A stretch of 64,000 nt of DNA from a virus. Shown here in pieces: positions 38,782-48,342 of this stretch. The position numbers were made by a program, and so were the translations under genes. The notes under the pieces are model-generated. The model had not been told where the DNA came from and did no database searches. It was given only the letters and a program-made list of their open reading frames with translations. The DNA is taken from IMG/VR virus record IMGVR_UViG_3300021478_000016, positions 78,433 to 142,432 of that record; one strand, given 5' to 3'. How positions within the stretch are numbered: position 1 is the stretch's first letter; each line of letters starts with the position of its first letter.

Positions 38782-39261
38782 ATGGGCATCCAGGTAGAGA
38801 TCGTCCGTGTGGTTCAGGAGCTCAACCTCTCCACCATGCAGACCGACAGGCAGCTTATCCTGCGCCTCCCTACGGGTTCGGAGGTGAAGCTCACTGTGAG
38901 CGAGGAGGACCTGAAGCAGATCATCGTAGCTGGGGCTCAGCAGGTCTCTGATGTGAGTCATGCCGTCTCTGTTGTATCGGACTCAAAGTCAGAGGGGGCT
39001 GTCGCTTCAACAAAGCTCAGCTTCGAGACCACGACGATGGAAGACGAAGCCGCTGTCGAGTTTGGGGGAGGGGGTACACAACCGGTCCCCAAGGCGGAGC
39101 CTCAGCCTCCTCCGACGTCGCCGCAGATTCCCTCTCGCCGGCGTACGGTGACGACGGACGCGGCGGGCTATCCCGTGGTGCACGGGACGGGTGGTGTGGA
39201 TCCTGGGGAGATCGCGAGCAACGAGGGACCTCTCGATGAGGATGGAGTCGGCTCCGTATGA
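38782..39261 (+). CDS. hypothetical protein
   Basis: Operon ORF. Confidence 0.6.
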   Translation: MGIQVEIVRVVQELNLSTMQTDRQLILRLPTGSEVKLTVSEEDLKQIIVAGAQQVSDVSHAVSVVSDSKSEGAVASTKLSFETTTMEDEAAVEFGGGGTQPVPKAEPQPPPTSPQIPSRRRTVTTDAAGYPVVHGTGGVDPGEIASNEGPLDEDGVGSV

Positions 39262-39740
39262 TGCTCGTGCTCTGCACTGACCCGAACTGCAAGACCGTCA
39301 CGAGGGTGCTGGCCACCTCCGTGGTGGAGCTCACTGGTCTAGTGGGTGAGCGCAGTGAGTGGTGGCCGAACAACTACCACTGCACTGGATGCAACGGGCA
39401 GGCGACCGCCGTCTACGAGTCCGAGGTCGACCCCAACGACTTTCGAGACTTCGAGAAGAAGGAGATCGAGGCCCAGGACTTCTTCCGCTTCATGATGGGG
39501 GTGGGTCTCCCTGAAGAGCAAGACTGCCGCATCGAGGTTCTCCAGAAGCTCTTCGCAGAGAACAAGGTCAAGAACATCGCCGGCAAGGTCATCACCGGCA
39601 CTAAGAGGTTCTGCATTGAGTGGCTCGAGATGGAGAACGGTCAGCGTCTCTACTTCGGCTCGAGCACACACGGAGCCACGATCTACCGCATCACCGAGAA
39701 GCCAAGCTATACGGAGAAGGCACTGGAGAATGGAAGCTGA
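39258..39740 (+). CDS. Zn-ribbon protein
   Basis: CTDPNC..CTGC. Confidence 0.6.
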   Translation: MMLVLCTDPNCKTVTRVLATSVVELTGLVGERSEWWPNNYHCTGCNGQATAVYESEVDPNDFRDFEKKEIEAQDFFRFMMGVGLPEEQDCRIEVLQKLFAENKVKNIAGKVITGTKRFCIEWLEMENGQRLYFGSSTHGATIYRITEKPSYTEKALENGS

Positions 39741-40449
39741 TCTGATCATTCGGTACAAGCACGACGTGGATCACAACAAGGAGCACGTCTGCACGGGGGA
39801 GATGTTCTACCGTCACAGCGACGGCAGTCTGCCTCCGCATGGCCACTGGGAGTTCGAGAAGGAGCACTTCAAGAAGCTCCTCATCGAGGCGGCGAACCGC
39901 CTCAACAAGGACGACCGGTTCCACATCGAGAAGGTCGTCATCGAGCGGACAGACCGGCAGGGCCTCAAGCCCATCGTCCTCGACCATCCGACGCAGGAGA
40001 TCTTGAAGGCGGACCCTGCGCTGGCCATCCGTCTTCTCAACTACGAGGGTCCAGCCGTCTTCTCGGGTGGTAAGAAGATCGAGCAGAAGCCCCTGCCGCC
40101 CCTTGTTTCTGGTTACGACACCTTGGCGGAAGCTCTTGGTGAGGACATCTACATCAGGCAGCACAAAGGCCTGGTCGAATGCCCCGGCTGCGGTCTGTGG
40201 AGCACGGGGAACAACCCGTTCACCTGCAAGAAGAAGTGCAAGATCTCCTTGCCGGTCACGTACACAGAGCAGTGGGCGAAGGTCAAGACTATCGACCTGC
40301 TCAATCTCAATCTGCCGAAGTACTTCATCCCCCGGGGCTTCAACAAGACCAAGCCCTGGATCTCCAACAGCGACCTCAAGGGCCTCTACGAAGCGTGGAG
40401 AGCCATAGCGCAATCCAACATCGATCTGACCAAGGAGAACGTATCATGA
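39730..40449 (+). CDS. hypothetical protein with Zn knuckle
   Basis: ECPGC..CKKKC. Confidence 0.6.
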   Translation: MEADLIIRYKHDVDHNKEHVCTGEMFYRHSDGSLPPHGHWEFEKEHFKKLLIEAANRLNKDDRFHIEKVVIERTDRQGLKPIVLDHPTQEILKADPALAIRLLNYEGPAVFSGGKKIEQKPLPPLVSGYDTLAEALGEDIYIRQHKGLVECPGCGLWSTGNNPFTCKKKCKISLPVTYTEQWAKVKTIDLLNLNLPKYFIPRGFNKTKPWISNSDLKGLYEAWRAIAQSNIDLTKENVS

Positions 40450-40835
40450 ACAACCCGTCCAACCCCCGCCTCCAGGGTGTCCGCAGCACGCGCCCTGCCC
40501 AACGTGACGCCGGCGCTCCTCGTACCGTCGTCGCCGTCGAGAGGGCGGAGTACTTCGCCGTGGCCTTCAACGACGAGCAGGGGCGCCTTCAGCGCACTGT
40601 CGTCCTGCGTGTCGCCGGCAAAGTCTACATGGCGCCCGGCGCCATCGAGTGGGCAGCCAGCCTCAAGCCGGCAGCCGGCTGGCTCGAGGCGGAGGTCAAT
40701 CGTCAGGGGGGCGTCTCGGCGAGCGACGAGCTCGTCGCAGCAGCCCTGCCCACCAGCGACACGCTGGACGTGCTCGACCAGACCGGGGGAGCGAAGCCGG
40801 AGGAGAGCGATGACGACAAGACTACGACCCCGTAA
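40446..40835 (+). CDS. hypothetical protein
   Basis: AAGGAG RBS. Confidence 0.6.
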   Translation: MNNPSNPRLQGVRSTRPAQRDAGAPRTVVAVERAEYFAVAFNDEQGRLQRTVVLRVAGKVYMAPGAIEWAASLKPAAGWLEAEVNRQGGVSASDELVAAALPTSDTLDVLDQTGGAKPEESDDDKTTTP

Positions 40836-41163
40836 CGATCAGGTCGTCGTCAAGTGTGAGCCCCTCCAAGAGGAGCTCCGCAACGGTCTGATCATCCTGC
40901 CCCATCAGCAGCGCGTCCGTCACGGGGAGGTGGTGGCGGTGGGGCCGGGCTACACGAGGGAGAAGGTGCGGGGCTACATCCCGCTCTTCGTGAAGGTCGG
41001 AGATCGAGTGGCCTTCTTCCGCGAGAACATGGAGACCCTCAACGGGAAGCAGATCTCACACTCGCTGTACGACATCTCCGTGCAGTACGGGGCAGATGTC
41101 GCCCTTCTTCCGGAGTCGGCCATCCTCGCGGTGATCGATAAGGACACGGTGATGGACGCATGA
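40810..41163 (+). CDS. groES: GroES-like co-chaperonin
   Basis: LRPRNDQVVV..GLIILP..GEVVAVGPG..VKVGDRV..ESAILAV. Confidence 0.9.
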   Translation: MTTRLRPRNDQVVVKCEPLQEELRNGLIILPHQQRVRHGEVVAVGPGYTREKVRGYIPLFVKVGDRVAFFRENMETLNGKQISHSLYDISVQYGADVALLPESAILAVIDKDTVMDA

Positions 41164-41447
41164 GAGCAGTGGTTGCTACTGGAAAGGGAACCGTCGAACT
41201 TGCCTACACGTGGCTTCCTACGTTTGTTGGCATGAACACGCCGCTGAAGAAGGAGATGGAGAGGGACCTCCAGAAGAAGGTTCTGGGACGTCCTCTGGAT
41301 GAGCGCGTCCTCGATGAGGTCCACGATCTCGTTGTGGACTGGCTGTGCTCGAAGTTCCCTCACATCGAGGGCCTTCGTGACTACCTCGACTCCCTGAAGT
41401 TCGTGCAGGTCGGCAACCCGATGGAGGAGCCGCAGCCGGCTACGTGA
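41160..41447 (+). CDS. hypothetical protein
   Basis: Operon ORF. Confidence 0.6.
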   Translation: MRAVVATGKGTVELAYTWLPTFVGMNTPLKKEMERDLQKKVLGRPLDERVLDEVHDLVVDWLCSKFPHIEGLRDYLDSLKFVQVGNPMEEPQPAT

Positions 41448-41635
41448 AGATGCCTCGAGTGAAGAAAGCCCGCCTCAATATGCGCCTCGACCCGAGCCTT
41501 CTCGAAGAGGCCAAGACCATCGCCAAGAAGAAGCACCTGACGGTCACCGGGTTGGTCGAGGCGTTGCTCATCACCTGCGTGACGACCGAAAAACTACTGG
41601 AGCGCAGGAACCCACTAGACGCGGAGTCGGTCTGA
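41444..41635 (+). CDS. ribbon-helix-helix regulator
   Basis: RLNMRLDPSLLEEAKTIA..TVTGLVE. Confidence 0.7.
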   Translation: MKMPRVKKARLNMRLDPSLLEEAKTIAKKKHLTVTGLVEALLITCVTTEKLLERRNPLDAESV

Positions 41636-42186
41636 TGCCCGAATACAAGGAAGTCACGAGTACGATCAACGTGCCAAAGAACACCGGTGTGGAGGGTTTC
41701 ATCTCCACCATCCGGAAGATCTTGTCGGTGCCGCGCATCCAGACCATCGCCATCAACGCCCAGGGGCACATCAAGTACACGCATGTGGCGAGGGAGGGGG
41801 AAGAGGCGGGGGACCTGGAGGTCGACTTCTCGAGCATCCGTCCTTCGGGCATCGTCCGGAACGGTGAACTCGTCGAGCTCGAGGAGGACAAGAATCCAAC
41901 GCGTGCCGTCGCTCGGCTGTTCGAGCGCGCCTCCCAGGAGCATCTCTTCCCGGTGTCCTGGGTCTCGGGTCCCTCATCTACCTTCTGGCTCTGGCACGAG
42001 AGGGAGGGGCTCACCATGTCACCGTCCAGGGACCAGGCGTATGGCCTGCCGTTCCTCTACGATGACCACTTCCCGCCCTCTACCCTCGTGCTTTGCACGG
42101 GGTACACTCGTACCAGTGCAATGATCGACGTCAAGAAGAGCTTCAAGATGCTGATGCCCGAAGCTCACATGCTGTTGAAGGGGTAA
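41635..42186 (+). CDS. hypothetical protein
   Basis: Operon ORF. Confidence 0.6.
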   Translation: MPEYKEVTSTINVPKNTGVEGFISTIRKILSVPRIQTIAINAQGHIKYTHVAREGEEAGDLEVDFSSIRPSGIVRNGELVELEEDKNPTRAVARLFERASQEHLFPVSWVSGPSSTFWLWHEREGLTMSPSRDQAYGLPFLYDDHFPPSTLVLCTGYTRTSAMIDVKKSFKMLMPEAHMLLKG

Positions 42187-42188
42187 CC

Positions 42189-42752
42189 ATGAACGAGCTC
42201 GCCAAGCTGATGATTCAATCCGGGGTGCTGAGCAAGGAGCAGGTCTCCGAGTTCCAGCGCTGGGGAATGCACAACCTGACGGAGGAGGCGAAGTTCGACC
42301 TCGACAAGACCCAGGATGCTCAGGCCTTCCTCAAGCAGATCGAGTTGGCTCTCCAGAAGGACGAGATGGTCCTTGTTCGTGAGACCGACTTCGATGCCCT
42401 GCGCAACTACCTCGCGCATCAGCACAAAGGGCAGCTCCATCTCTACACCGGCGACGTCAAGAACGACCCGATCGAGGTGACCTACAGCATCTCGAAGACC
42501 GGGGAGTACTTGCTCCCTTGGGGTGGCGAGAACATCGTGGAGCTGCTGGCCAACGGCAAGACGTACTTGGTCACGGACGACGACAAGGTCGAGTTCTTCT
42601 ACGAGATCCGCGAGCTCTTCTACGGGGACGTGAAGGCGTTCGTCGCCTGCCGTCCTCTCTCCTCTGTTCGGGAGCAGTCTCCTGACCCTCTTTCTCTCAC
42701 CCACGGTGCCCCCAATGGATCTGACTCCGATCAAGCAGGCCCTTCGGACTAA
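42189..42752 (+). CDS. hypothetical protein
   Basis: Operon ORF. Confidence 0.6.
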   Translation: MNELAKLMIQSGVLSKEQVSEFQRWGMHNLTEEAKFDLDKTQDAQAFLKQIELALQKDEMVLVRETDFDALRNYLAHQHKGQLHLYTGDVKNDPIEVTYSISKTGEYLLPWGGENIVELLANGKTYLVTDDDKVEFFYEIRELFYGDVKAFVACRPLSSVREQSPDPLSLTHGAPNGSDSDQAGPSD

Positions 42753-43182
42753 GGTCGGGTTCGAAGCACTCACCGCCAACGCGGGGGCGAGGCAGATTCG
42801 AATGACCGGCCGCATGCCGCAGACCCGAATAGGGGACTACCTCATCCTCGTGCATCACATCGAGGGGTGGTTGGAGCGCAAGAACCCAGGCTGGACGATG
42901 GACGCTTCGAAGCACTACTTCTGCCATCCCAAGACCAAGAAGGTGGTCTTTGAGTGGCGGTACCTCTTCGGGGCCGAGGATATCGTGAAGCATCTGCACG
43001 ACATCCAGAGCGCCATCCTCTCTGTGCCCGGTAGTTCTCGCAACGAGGTGATGGAGGTCCCGCTGGTCGGTGCGAGCCCAGACCGCAACGCGCACGTTCG
43101 AGGCAAGGGTGTTGGTCTCACGGACCGTACGCCCACAGGCCCGCTGGCCCTGGGTATTCTCCAGACCCGGCAGGGAGGATGA
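42715..43182 (+). CDS. hypothetical protein
   Basis: Operon ORF. Confidence 0.55.
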   Translation: MDLTPIKQALRTKVGFEALTANAGARQIRMTGRMPQTRIGDYLILVHHIEGWLERKNPGWTMDASKHYFCHPKTKKVVFEWRYLFGAEDIVKHLHDIQSAILSVPGSSRNEVMEVPLVGASPDRNAHVRGKGVGLTDRTPTGPLALGILQTRQGG

Positions 43183-43185
43183 TCT

Positions 43186-43842
43186 ATGCCTACCCAAGAC
43201 GTAGCGTTCTCGCGAGAAGAGGTTCGCGGGGTCGAGCAGTTCTCCAAGGAAGAGCAGGAGGCCATCCGTCAGAGGATGTCGGCCATCGACCTGCTCATGA
43301 AGGACCAGGAGGGCAAGGGTAAGTACAAGATCGAGCTCTTCTTCACGTCGGCTCGCTCGCTGACCAAGCCCACGCCGGGGGTAATCTCCTTCTGGGAGAG
43401 CGGGTCTCGCCTTCACGGTGGTGGGGACGCCAAGATCTACATCTGCCCTGGCAAGATGCGTAAGATCAAGGACTGCGAGGCCTTCATCCCCGACTCTGGC
43501 AATGCTTCGGCCGTTCTCTTCTGTCCGAAGTGTGGTACGAGTTGGAAGGGTGACGATGTCATCGGAGAGCACATCGCGAGGTTGTCGATGAAGCAGTGGG
43601 CTGCCTTGCTCGTGCACTACTTCACGCGGATGGAGCTCAACGCGGACATCTACGTGAAGCACTCGAAGGACGATATCCGTACGGTGGCCATGCTCGAGAC
43701 GGCCAAGAGCAAGGGTGGGGAGGCTCTGAACAAGGTCCGCAACAAGAGGGCCGTGGTCATCTACCCTCTCAAGAACATCATCAAGGACACTGCGGCGGGG
43801 TCAGATCTGTACTCCCGCTTCACAGCGTTGCTGACCGCATGA
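43186..43842 (+). CDS. Zn-ribbon-containing protein
   Basis: YICP..DC..FCPKCG. Confidence 0.6.
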   Translation: MPTQDVAFSREEVRGVEQFSKEEQEAIRQRMSAIDLLMKDQEGKGKYKIELFFTSARSLTKPTPGVISFWESGSRLHGGGDAKIYICPGKMRKIKDCEAFIPDSGNASAVLFCPKCGTSWKGDDVIGEHIARLSMKQWAALLVHYFTRMELNADIYVKHSKDDIRTVAMLETAKSKGGEALNKVRNKRAVVIYPLKNIIKDTAAGSDLYSRFTALLTA

Positions 43843-44300
43843 GTTCCCAGTTCCACAACCCGACCTTCATCCGACACGCCCACCGGCGTGCGGTTCTCCA
43901 GTTCCTTCAACGGATGCTCAAGGAGAATCACCTCCAGATAGACTCTGCCCCCAGAGAAGCGATCATCTGTGAGGACGTGCTCTACGCGGACCGTATTGTG
44001 TCTCAGGACGCGCTCATCGAGGTGCTCGATGGGCTCGAGCAGCTCGAGAACATGGAGACCCTGGGCATGAACGAGTTCGAGCTCAAGAGGAGAGGCACAG
44101 CCTCCCTCCGTCTCCCCCCGCCTCCTAAGGAGAACGCTTCCGATGTCATCGACGAACAGCCGAAAGAGCAGACAGGCACTGGCCAAGGACCTCAGCAAGC
44201 AGGCGGTCCCGAAGATCGGCAAGGAGGAACCCCCGCAACCCCCGGAAAACCTGGAGACCAGGGTGGCTCTCCTGGAACGCCGCCTTCAAGAGCTGGCTGA
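43839..44300 (+). CDS. hypothetical protein
   Basis: ATGA overlap. Confidence 0.55.
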   Translation: MSSQFHNPTFIRHAHRRAVLQFLQRMLKENHLQIDSAPREAIICEDVLYADRIVSQDALIEVLDGLEQLENMETLGMNEFELKRRGTASLRLPPPPKENASDVIDEQPKEQTGTGQGPQQAGGPEDRQGGTPATPGKPGDQGGSPGTPPSRAG

Positions 44301-44616
44301 TGCCTCACAGCAGAACACGACCGTCTTCCTGAGCGGCTTCGAGTCTGTCGACAAGCGCATGTACACGCTCATGCGCATCGTCTCCGAGATGTACTTCCGT
44401 CCCGGGACGATCCACCTCAAGACCGAACGCGAAGTCCTGCGAGACGAAGAGACCGGTGAGCCGTACGTCCACGGCGGTCTGAATGTCGACTGGATGGCGT
44501 ACTTCGGGGAGTTCCATGCCATGATGGCGCTCGTGGCGTTGGTCGAGTCCGTGCAGGCGCAGCCGGCAGAAGAAGTCCCGGACAACGTCATCGAGTTTGG
44601 AGGCAAGGACGCATGA
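44143..44616 (+). CDS. hypothetical coiled-coil protein
   Basis: AAGGAG upstream; overlaps the tail of the previous ORF. Confidence 0.55.
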   Translation: MSSTNSRKSRQALAKDLSKQAVPKIGKEEPPQPPENLETRVALLERRLQELADASQQNTTVFLSGFESVDKRMYTLMRIVSEMYFRPGTIHLKTEREVLRDEETGEPYVHGGLNVDWMAYFGEFHAMMALVALVESVQAQPAEEVPDNVIEFGGKDA

Positions 44617-44813
44617 ACCAGAACTTCGAGTCCGACACCAAGACCAGCTACGTCCTGAGCGGCTGGTCCAGCAAGGACGTGCCTACGGAGATCACTGTAA
44701 CGGGAGAGCACATCCCAGCCCTGGTGCCTCTGCCCGGTAGTGCGAGGGTTCGTGAGTGGTGCCAGGCGGGCAAGAAGGTACGTGTTACCTTCGAGATCGT
44801 AGAGGAACCATGA
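44613..44813 (+). CDS. hypothetical protein
   Basis: ATGA overlaps. Confidence 0.55.
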   Translation: MNQNFESDTKTSYVLSGWSSKDVPTEITVTGEHIPALVPLPGSARVREWCQAGKKVRVTFEIVEEP

Positions 44814-45025
44814 GCAAGGCCATCAACCGCACCGACCACCTGAGTAACATTCGCCAGATCCCCGGCACGAACGTAGGCACCGTCTACGATCAGAACGGCA
44901 AAGGTGTTCGGCAGATAGCCTGCCCGAAGTGCAAGGGCAACACCATCAGCCCTTCGAAGAACGGCCAGGGCAAGACCGTGTACATCTGCGCATGCGGCGC
45001 CCAGTTCACGTCCAACCGGATGTGA
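44810..45025 (+). CDS. small Zn-ribbon protein
   Basis: CPKC..CACG. Confidence 0.6.
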   Translation: MSKAINRTDHLSNIRQIPGTNVGTVYDQNGKGVRQIACPKCKGNTISPSKNGQGKTVYICACGAQFTSNRM

Positions 45026-45031
45026 TCATGG

Positions 45032-45074
45032 GGCTAAAAAGAAGAGGGCCTTGCGGCTCCTCTTCTTTTTAGCC
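45032..45074. terminator. bidirectional intrinsic terminator
   Basis: GGCTAAAAAGAAGAGG..CCTCTTCTTTTTAGCC inverted repeat between convergent genes. Confidence 0.9.
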
Positions 45075-45075
45075 A

Positions 45076-45342
45076 TCAGCAGAACGGCAGGAAGATCTTC
45101 TCCCAGACCGAGCGAATGGCTTTGCCGGTGTCGGTCCCCTCGACTTCACGTCTGAGGAGGGTGATGACGTCTCCGGTCTCTAGATGCATGTCGACTCGAC
45201 AGAATGACTGACCGCCTTCGGTCCAGCAGTCGATGTCGATCGTCCCTGCCTCAATGCCGCGCGAGTAGTAGTTCAGGAGCTCCTTCTTCAGGTTCTCCGG
45301 CGTGCGTAGATTCTCTCTCTGCTGTGCAATGGTGGCGGCCAT
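45076..45342 (-). CDS. hypothetical protein
   Basis: Cassette region; coupled to the upstream gene. Confidence 0.6.
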   Translation of the reverse strand: MAATIAQQRENLRTPENLKKELLNYYSRGIEAGTIDIDCWTEGGQSFCRVDMHLETGDVITLLRREVEGTDTGKAIRSVWEKIFLPFC

Positions 45343-45671
45343 CAGTGCAACACCTCCGACTTGGGCATCTTGAGAGCCTCCAGGGCGTCATCGACGTCGA
45401 AGAGGCCGAGTGAAAGCAGGCCGCTGACGCGGTGGATGCAGCGGATGTTGGAGTCGGCGACGAGCAGAGTGGTGTTGGCGTTCTTCACCATCTCTTCGCT
45501 GCCGACCTGGAAACCGATCTCCCGAAGCTGGATGAGCATCTCTTTGGCCTGCTCGAGATGCTGGATGGCTTCGGTGAGCAGCCGTTGGTCGATGGCTGTG
45601 TTGGCCATCTTGCACTGCTCGAAGTACATCCTCAGTAAGTCTTGGACGACCTGGATCTTGGTGACGGACAT
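45342..45671 (-). CDS. hypothetical protein
   Basis: GGAATAAG plus GGAGGTAACC leader. Confidence 0.7.
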   Translation of the reverse strand: MSVTKIQVVQDLLRMYFEQCKMANTAIDQRLLTEAIQHLEQAKEMLIQLREIGFQVGSEEMVKNANTTLLVADSNIRCIHRVSGLLSLGLFDVDDALEALKMPKSEVLH

Positions 45672-45737
45672 GGTTGGTTACCTCCGAACCTCTTATTCCA
45701 GATCGATGGCTAAAAAGAACTGAACCCAGCTCTTTTA
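45672..45737 (-). promoter_or_regulatory. cassette junction: terminator-TTTTAGCC / GGAATAAG / GGAGGTAACC
   Basis: Near-identical junctions at 47213-47279 and 49885-49957. Confidence 0.8.
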
Positions 45738-45740
45738 CTT

Positions 45741-46217
45741 CTACTGCACCACTTCGATCAGCGAGTATCTGCCGTCGTGAAGGTAGACGGCTTGGGTGCC
45801 TGGCTTCAGGGGCAGACCGAACTCCCCAGACTGGCCTTCGAGTAGGGCTGCTGTGAGTCCTCCCACGCCTTCCTTCTTGGCGTTGATGAGGATGTACCCC
45901 TTGTTGAGCCACAGGTAGATGCGCAGATAGCCCAGGTCCTCATTGCGCAGAGCCAGATCGACGTCGTGCCTGCACGGGATGCCGTCCTGGGCGTGGTAGA
46001 CGCATGCGCACTTGGCCTTGGCGCAGATGCGATGCCTTTCTGCTTCGGGTAGGCTCGCAGTGAAGCTCACGAAAGCGCGGGTCACGAACTCTTCAGGGAG
46101 CTTCGCGAGTTCCGCAGCCTCCAGTGGGCCAACCTCTCGAAGGCGAGTCCAGCGACCACCATCGAACGGGTACGTGCCGTGGATCTTCACATCGGTCAGA
46201 GACATGGATCGGGTCAT
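45741..46217 (-). CDS. hypothetical protein
   Basis: GGCATAAG (46234-46241) plus GGAGGTAACC leader. Confidence 0.65.
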   Translation of the reverse strand: MTRSMSLTDVKIHGTYPFDGGRWTRLREVGPLEAAELAKLPEEFVTRAFVSFTASLPEAERHRICAKAKCACVYHAQDGIPCRHDVDLALRNEDLGYLRIYLWLNKGYILINAKKEGVGGLTAALLEGQSGEFGLPLKPGTQAVYLHDGRYSLIEVVQ

Positions 46218-46254
46218 GGTTACCTCCAGATCCCTTATGCCGTGCTCTTGGGCA

Positions 46255-46644
46255 CTATCGCCACATGACCAGTGAATTATCCTGCGGAACGATGCCAACG
46301 AATCTGAAACCTAGCTTCTTGTAGAGGTTCTGAGCCCGTAGGTTGTCCTTCTTGACCGTGAGGACTATGGGCAGCCAAGCAACTTCGAGTACGACCTCCA
46401 TGAGCTCTTGCCCGATGCCTTTGCCCTGATGGTCTGGGTGAACGGCGATACGAAGAACGTCCACCAGCTCCGGTCCCCAGGCCGTGATGATGTAACCCTT
46501 TTGATCGCAGACCTGTGCCATCCCAGCTTCGATGACCTGCTTCACGGCGTACTCGTTCACGCCGTACTCCTGGAAGAGCGAGAGCTCGAGCTCCGCGATG
46601 AAGTCGATGTCGTCCAAAGAGGCAAGTCGAATCACGTGAGCCAT
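46255..46644 (-). CDS. GNAT acetyltransferase (RimI-like)
   Basis: IAVHPDHQGKGIG..LTV..N..AQNLYKKLGF. Confidence 0.9.
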   Translation of the reverse strand: MAHVIRLASLDDIDFIAELELSLFQEYGVNEYAVKQVIEAGMAQVCDQKGYIITAWGPELVDVLRIAVHPDHQGKGIGQELMEVVLEVAWLPIVLTVKKDNLRAQNLYKKLGFRFVGIVPQDNSLVMWR

Positions 46645-46658
46645 GGTACAACCCTCCT

Positions 46659-46868
46659 ATGCTGAGAGCGACGGCTGACAGTACGAACGGGCAGGAGTTG
46701 AAGAAGGAAGTCGAGGAAGCCATCGCCGAGTTCGGTGAGTGGTTCGAGAAGGACTTGAAGAACGAGCGCCTCTCGAATCCCGAACGAGCGATCCTCGACA
46801 CCTTCTGCTACTGGATGGTGGCGGTACGGGGCAAGAAAGAAGGGGACCCGAAGGTCCCCTCTCCCTAA
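46659..46868 (+). CDS. hypothetical protein
   Basis: Helical ORF. Confidence 0.55.
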   Translation: MLRATADSTNGQELKKEVEEAIAEFGEWFEKDLKNERLSNPERAILDTFCYWMVAVRGKKEGDPKVPSP

Positions 46869-47212
46869 CCGGGCTCGTACTCGAAGATCATCCGCCACAA
46901 GCTGCGGATGGCATCTTCTCGAGTCGCCCCATTCGCCTCCCGGAAGATGACCCTCCCCACCCGGTAGTGGTCACGCAGCCCCTTCAGCATGTCCACCAGC
47001 CGCCACTCGAGCTCACTCTTCGCCGGCTGGAACTCGGGGTCTTTCCGGTACTGGACCTCGAACCAGACGGCGATGTCGTACTCGTCATTGCCGGGGTGGA
47101 AGGTGAAGCCGTAGCTCGTGTTGTCTCCGAAGAGGGAGTAGAGCCTCTCCTCGATCTCCGTCAGCAGCACAGTCTCCGACCGGCTATCGGGCCGGTCAGT
47201 TGTAGTAGTCAT
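46865..47212 (-). CDS. hypothetical protein
   Basis: Cassette leader. Confidence 0.7.
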   Translation of the reverse strand: MTTTTDRPDSRSETVLLTEIEERLYSLFGDNTSYGFTFHPGNDEYDIAVWFEVQYRKDPEFQPAKSELEWRLVDMLKGLRDHYRVGRVIFREANGATREDAIRSLWRMIFEYEPG

Positions 47213-47279
47213 AGGTTGCCTCCGGATCTCTTATTCCAGATCCAGGGCTAAAAGAGAGAGGCCTTGCGGCTTCTCTCTC
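47213..47279 (-). promoter_or_regulatory. cassette junction: terminator / GGAATAAG / GGAGGCAACC
   Basis: Repeat of the junction; GCC-TTGC-GGC loop identical to 45048-45057. Confidence 0.8.
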
Positions 47280-47347
47280 CCCATCCGGAGATCGAGCAGG
47301 GAACTCGACCTCCGAACAGTTCCACCCGGTGCTGGGTGACGCCTCAC

Positions 47348-47929
47348 TCACTGACCCTTGAGGCACGTGGCGGTTGCGACGAGCCCCATTCCCTGGACCA
47401 GGAGCTGTGAGTCGATCAAACACTGGAACTCGTCCTGGGTGTTCGCGTTGTCGGTGTACGAGGGGGCTGCGACGTACTGGGAGTTGTTCCCAGTCACGAT
47501 GCAGTACCCGTGCAGCATGATGTCGTTGGCGTTGCAGAAGGCCACCGCCTTGCAGTCGATGCCCGTGGAGCACGCCTGCGGGTTGCCCGTCACAACGTAG
47601 CGGCCAGACTTCGTGAGTGGCGTACCAGCAGGTCCCTGAGGACCGGCAGGACCCTGCGGACCCTGGGGACCAGGAGGGCCCTGGAGCGATGCCGCGTCGA
47701 ACGTCTCCGTCGGGCCACCATCCGGCCCGATGATCTCGGTCACGCCCGGCTGCCCCTGAGGCCCCTGTGGACCTTGAGGACCGGTCGGACCTTGAGGTCC
47801 CTGCTCCCCCTGGGGTCCTGGGGGGCCGGCATCGCCCTGCTCACCTACGGTGCCAAAGGCCCCGCCACCGCAAGCCATCGTGGACATGGCCAGAAGTACA
47901 CTCAGAAACACATGGATCAGATTCTTCAT
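47348..47929 (-). CDS. collagen-like repeat lipoprotein
   Basis: Lipoprotein signal ..STMAC-GGG; two (GPQ/GPx)n tracts; Cys-rich C-terminal domain. Confidence 0.8.
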   Translation of the reverse strand: MKNLIHVFLSVLLAMSTMACGGGAFGTVGEQGDAGPPGPQGEQGPQGPTGPQGPQGPQGQPGVTEIIGPDGGPTETFDAASLQGPPGPQGPQGPAGPQGPAGTPLTKSGRYVVTGNPQACSTGIDCKAVAFCNANDIMLHGYCIVTGNNSQYVAAPSYTDNANTQDEFQCLIDSQLLVQGMGLVATATCLKGQ

Positions 47930-47988
47930 AGCTGTTGCCTCCATGAACCTTATTCCCGATCGCCCTGGGAAAGTGCTAGTAATGAGGC

Positions 47989-48342
47989 ATGAAGAAGACC
48001 GTTGTCGAGCTCGAGTGCTCCCGCTGCCACCGCAAGGAGTACGTCCCAGCCTCCGAGGCCACCCAAGAGACCTCTCCAGCCTTGGTCATCTTGCTGGACG
48101 GCAAAGAGGTGGCCAAGTTCGAGGACCTCTGCGCTCCGTGCAAGGAGGCTCTTGGCGGATACCTCGAGCAGATCTGCAAGCCGATGGAGAAGAAGTCTCC
48201 CAACCGCAAGAAGAAGGATGCTACCGAGCTCCTGGAAGCGATCGCCGATGCCAAGAGAGGCACGGGAACCCTTCACAACGGTGAGGGGGCTAAGGAGAAA
48301 GGGCCAAAGCCCCATCCCCCAGTCGTGACTCGGTCGCCCTAG
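47989..48342 (+). CDS. Zn-finger protein
   Basis: ECSRC..DLCAPC. Confidence 0.6.
   Translation: MKKTVVELECSRCHRKEYVPASEATQETSPALVILLDGKEVAKFEDLCAPCKEALGGYLEQICKPMEKKSPNRKKKDATELLEAIADAKRGTGTLHNGEGAKEKGPKPHPPVVTRSP

Noticed and set aside
47285-47340. tRNA-like element
   Set aside because: Only two hairpins (GGAGATCGAG/CTCGACCTCC and CACCC/GGGTG), with no T-loop or cloverleaf; probably 3' UTR structure
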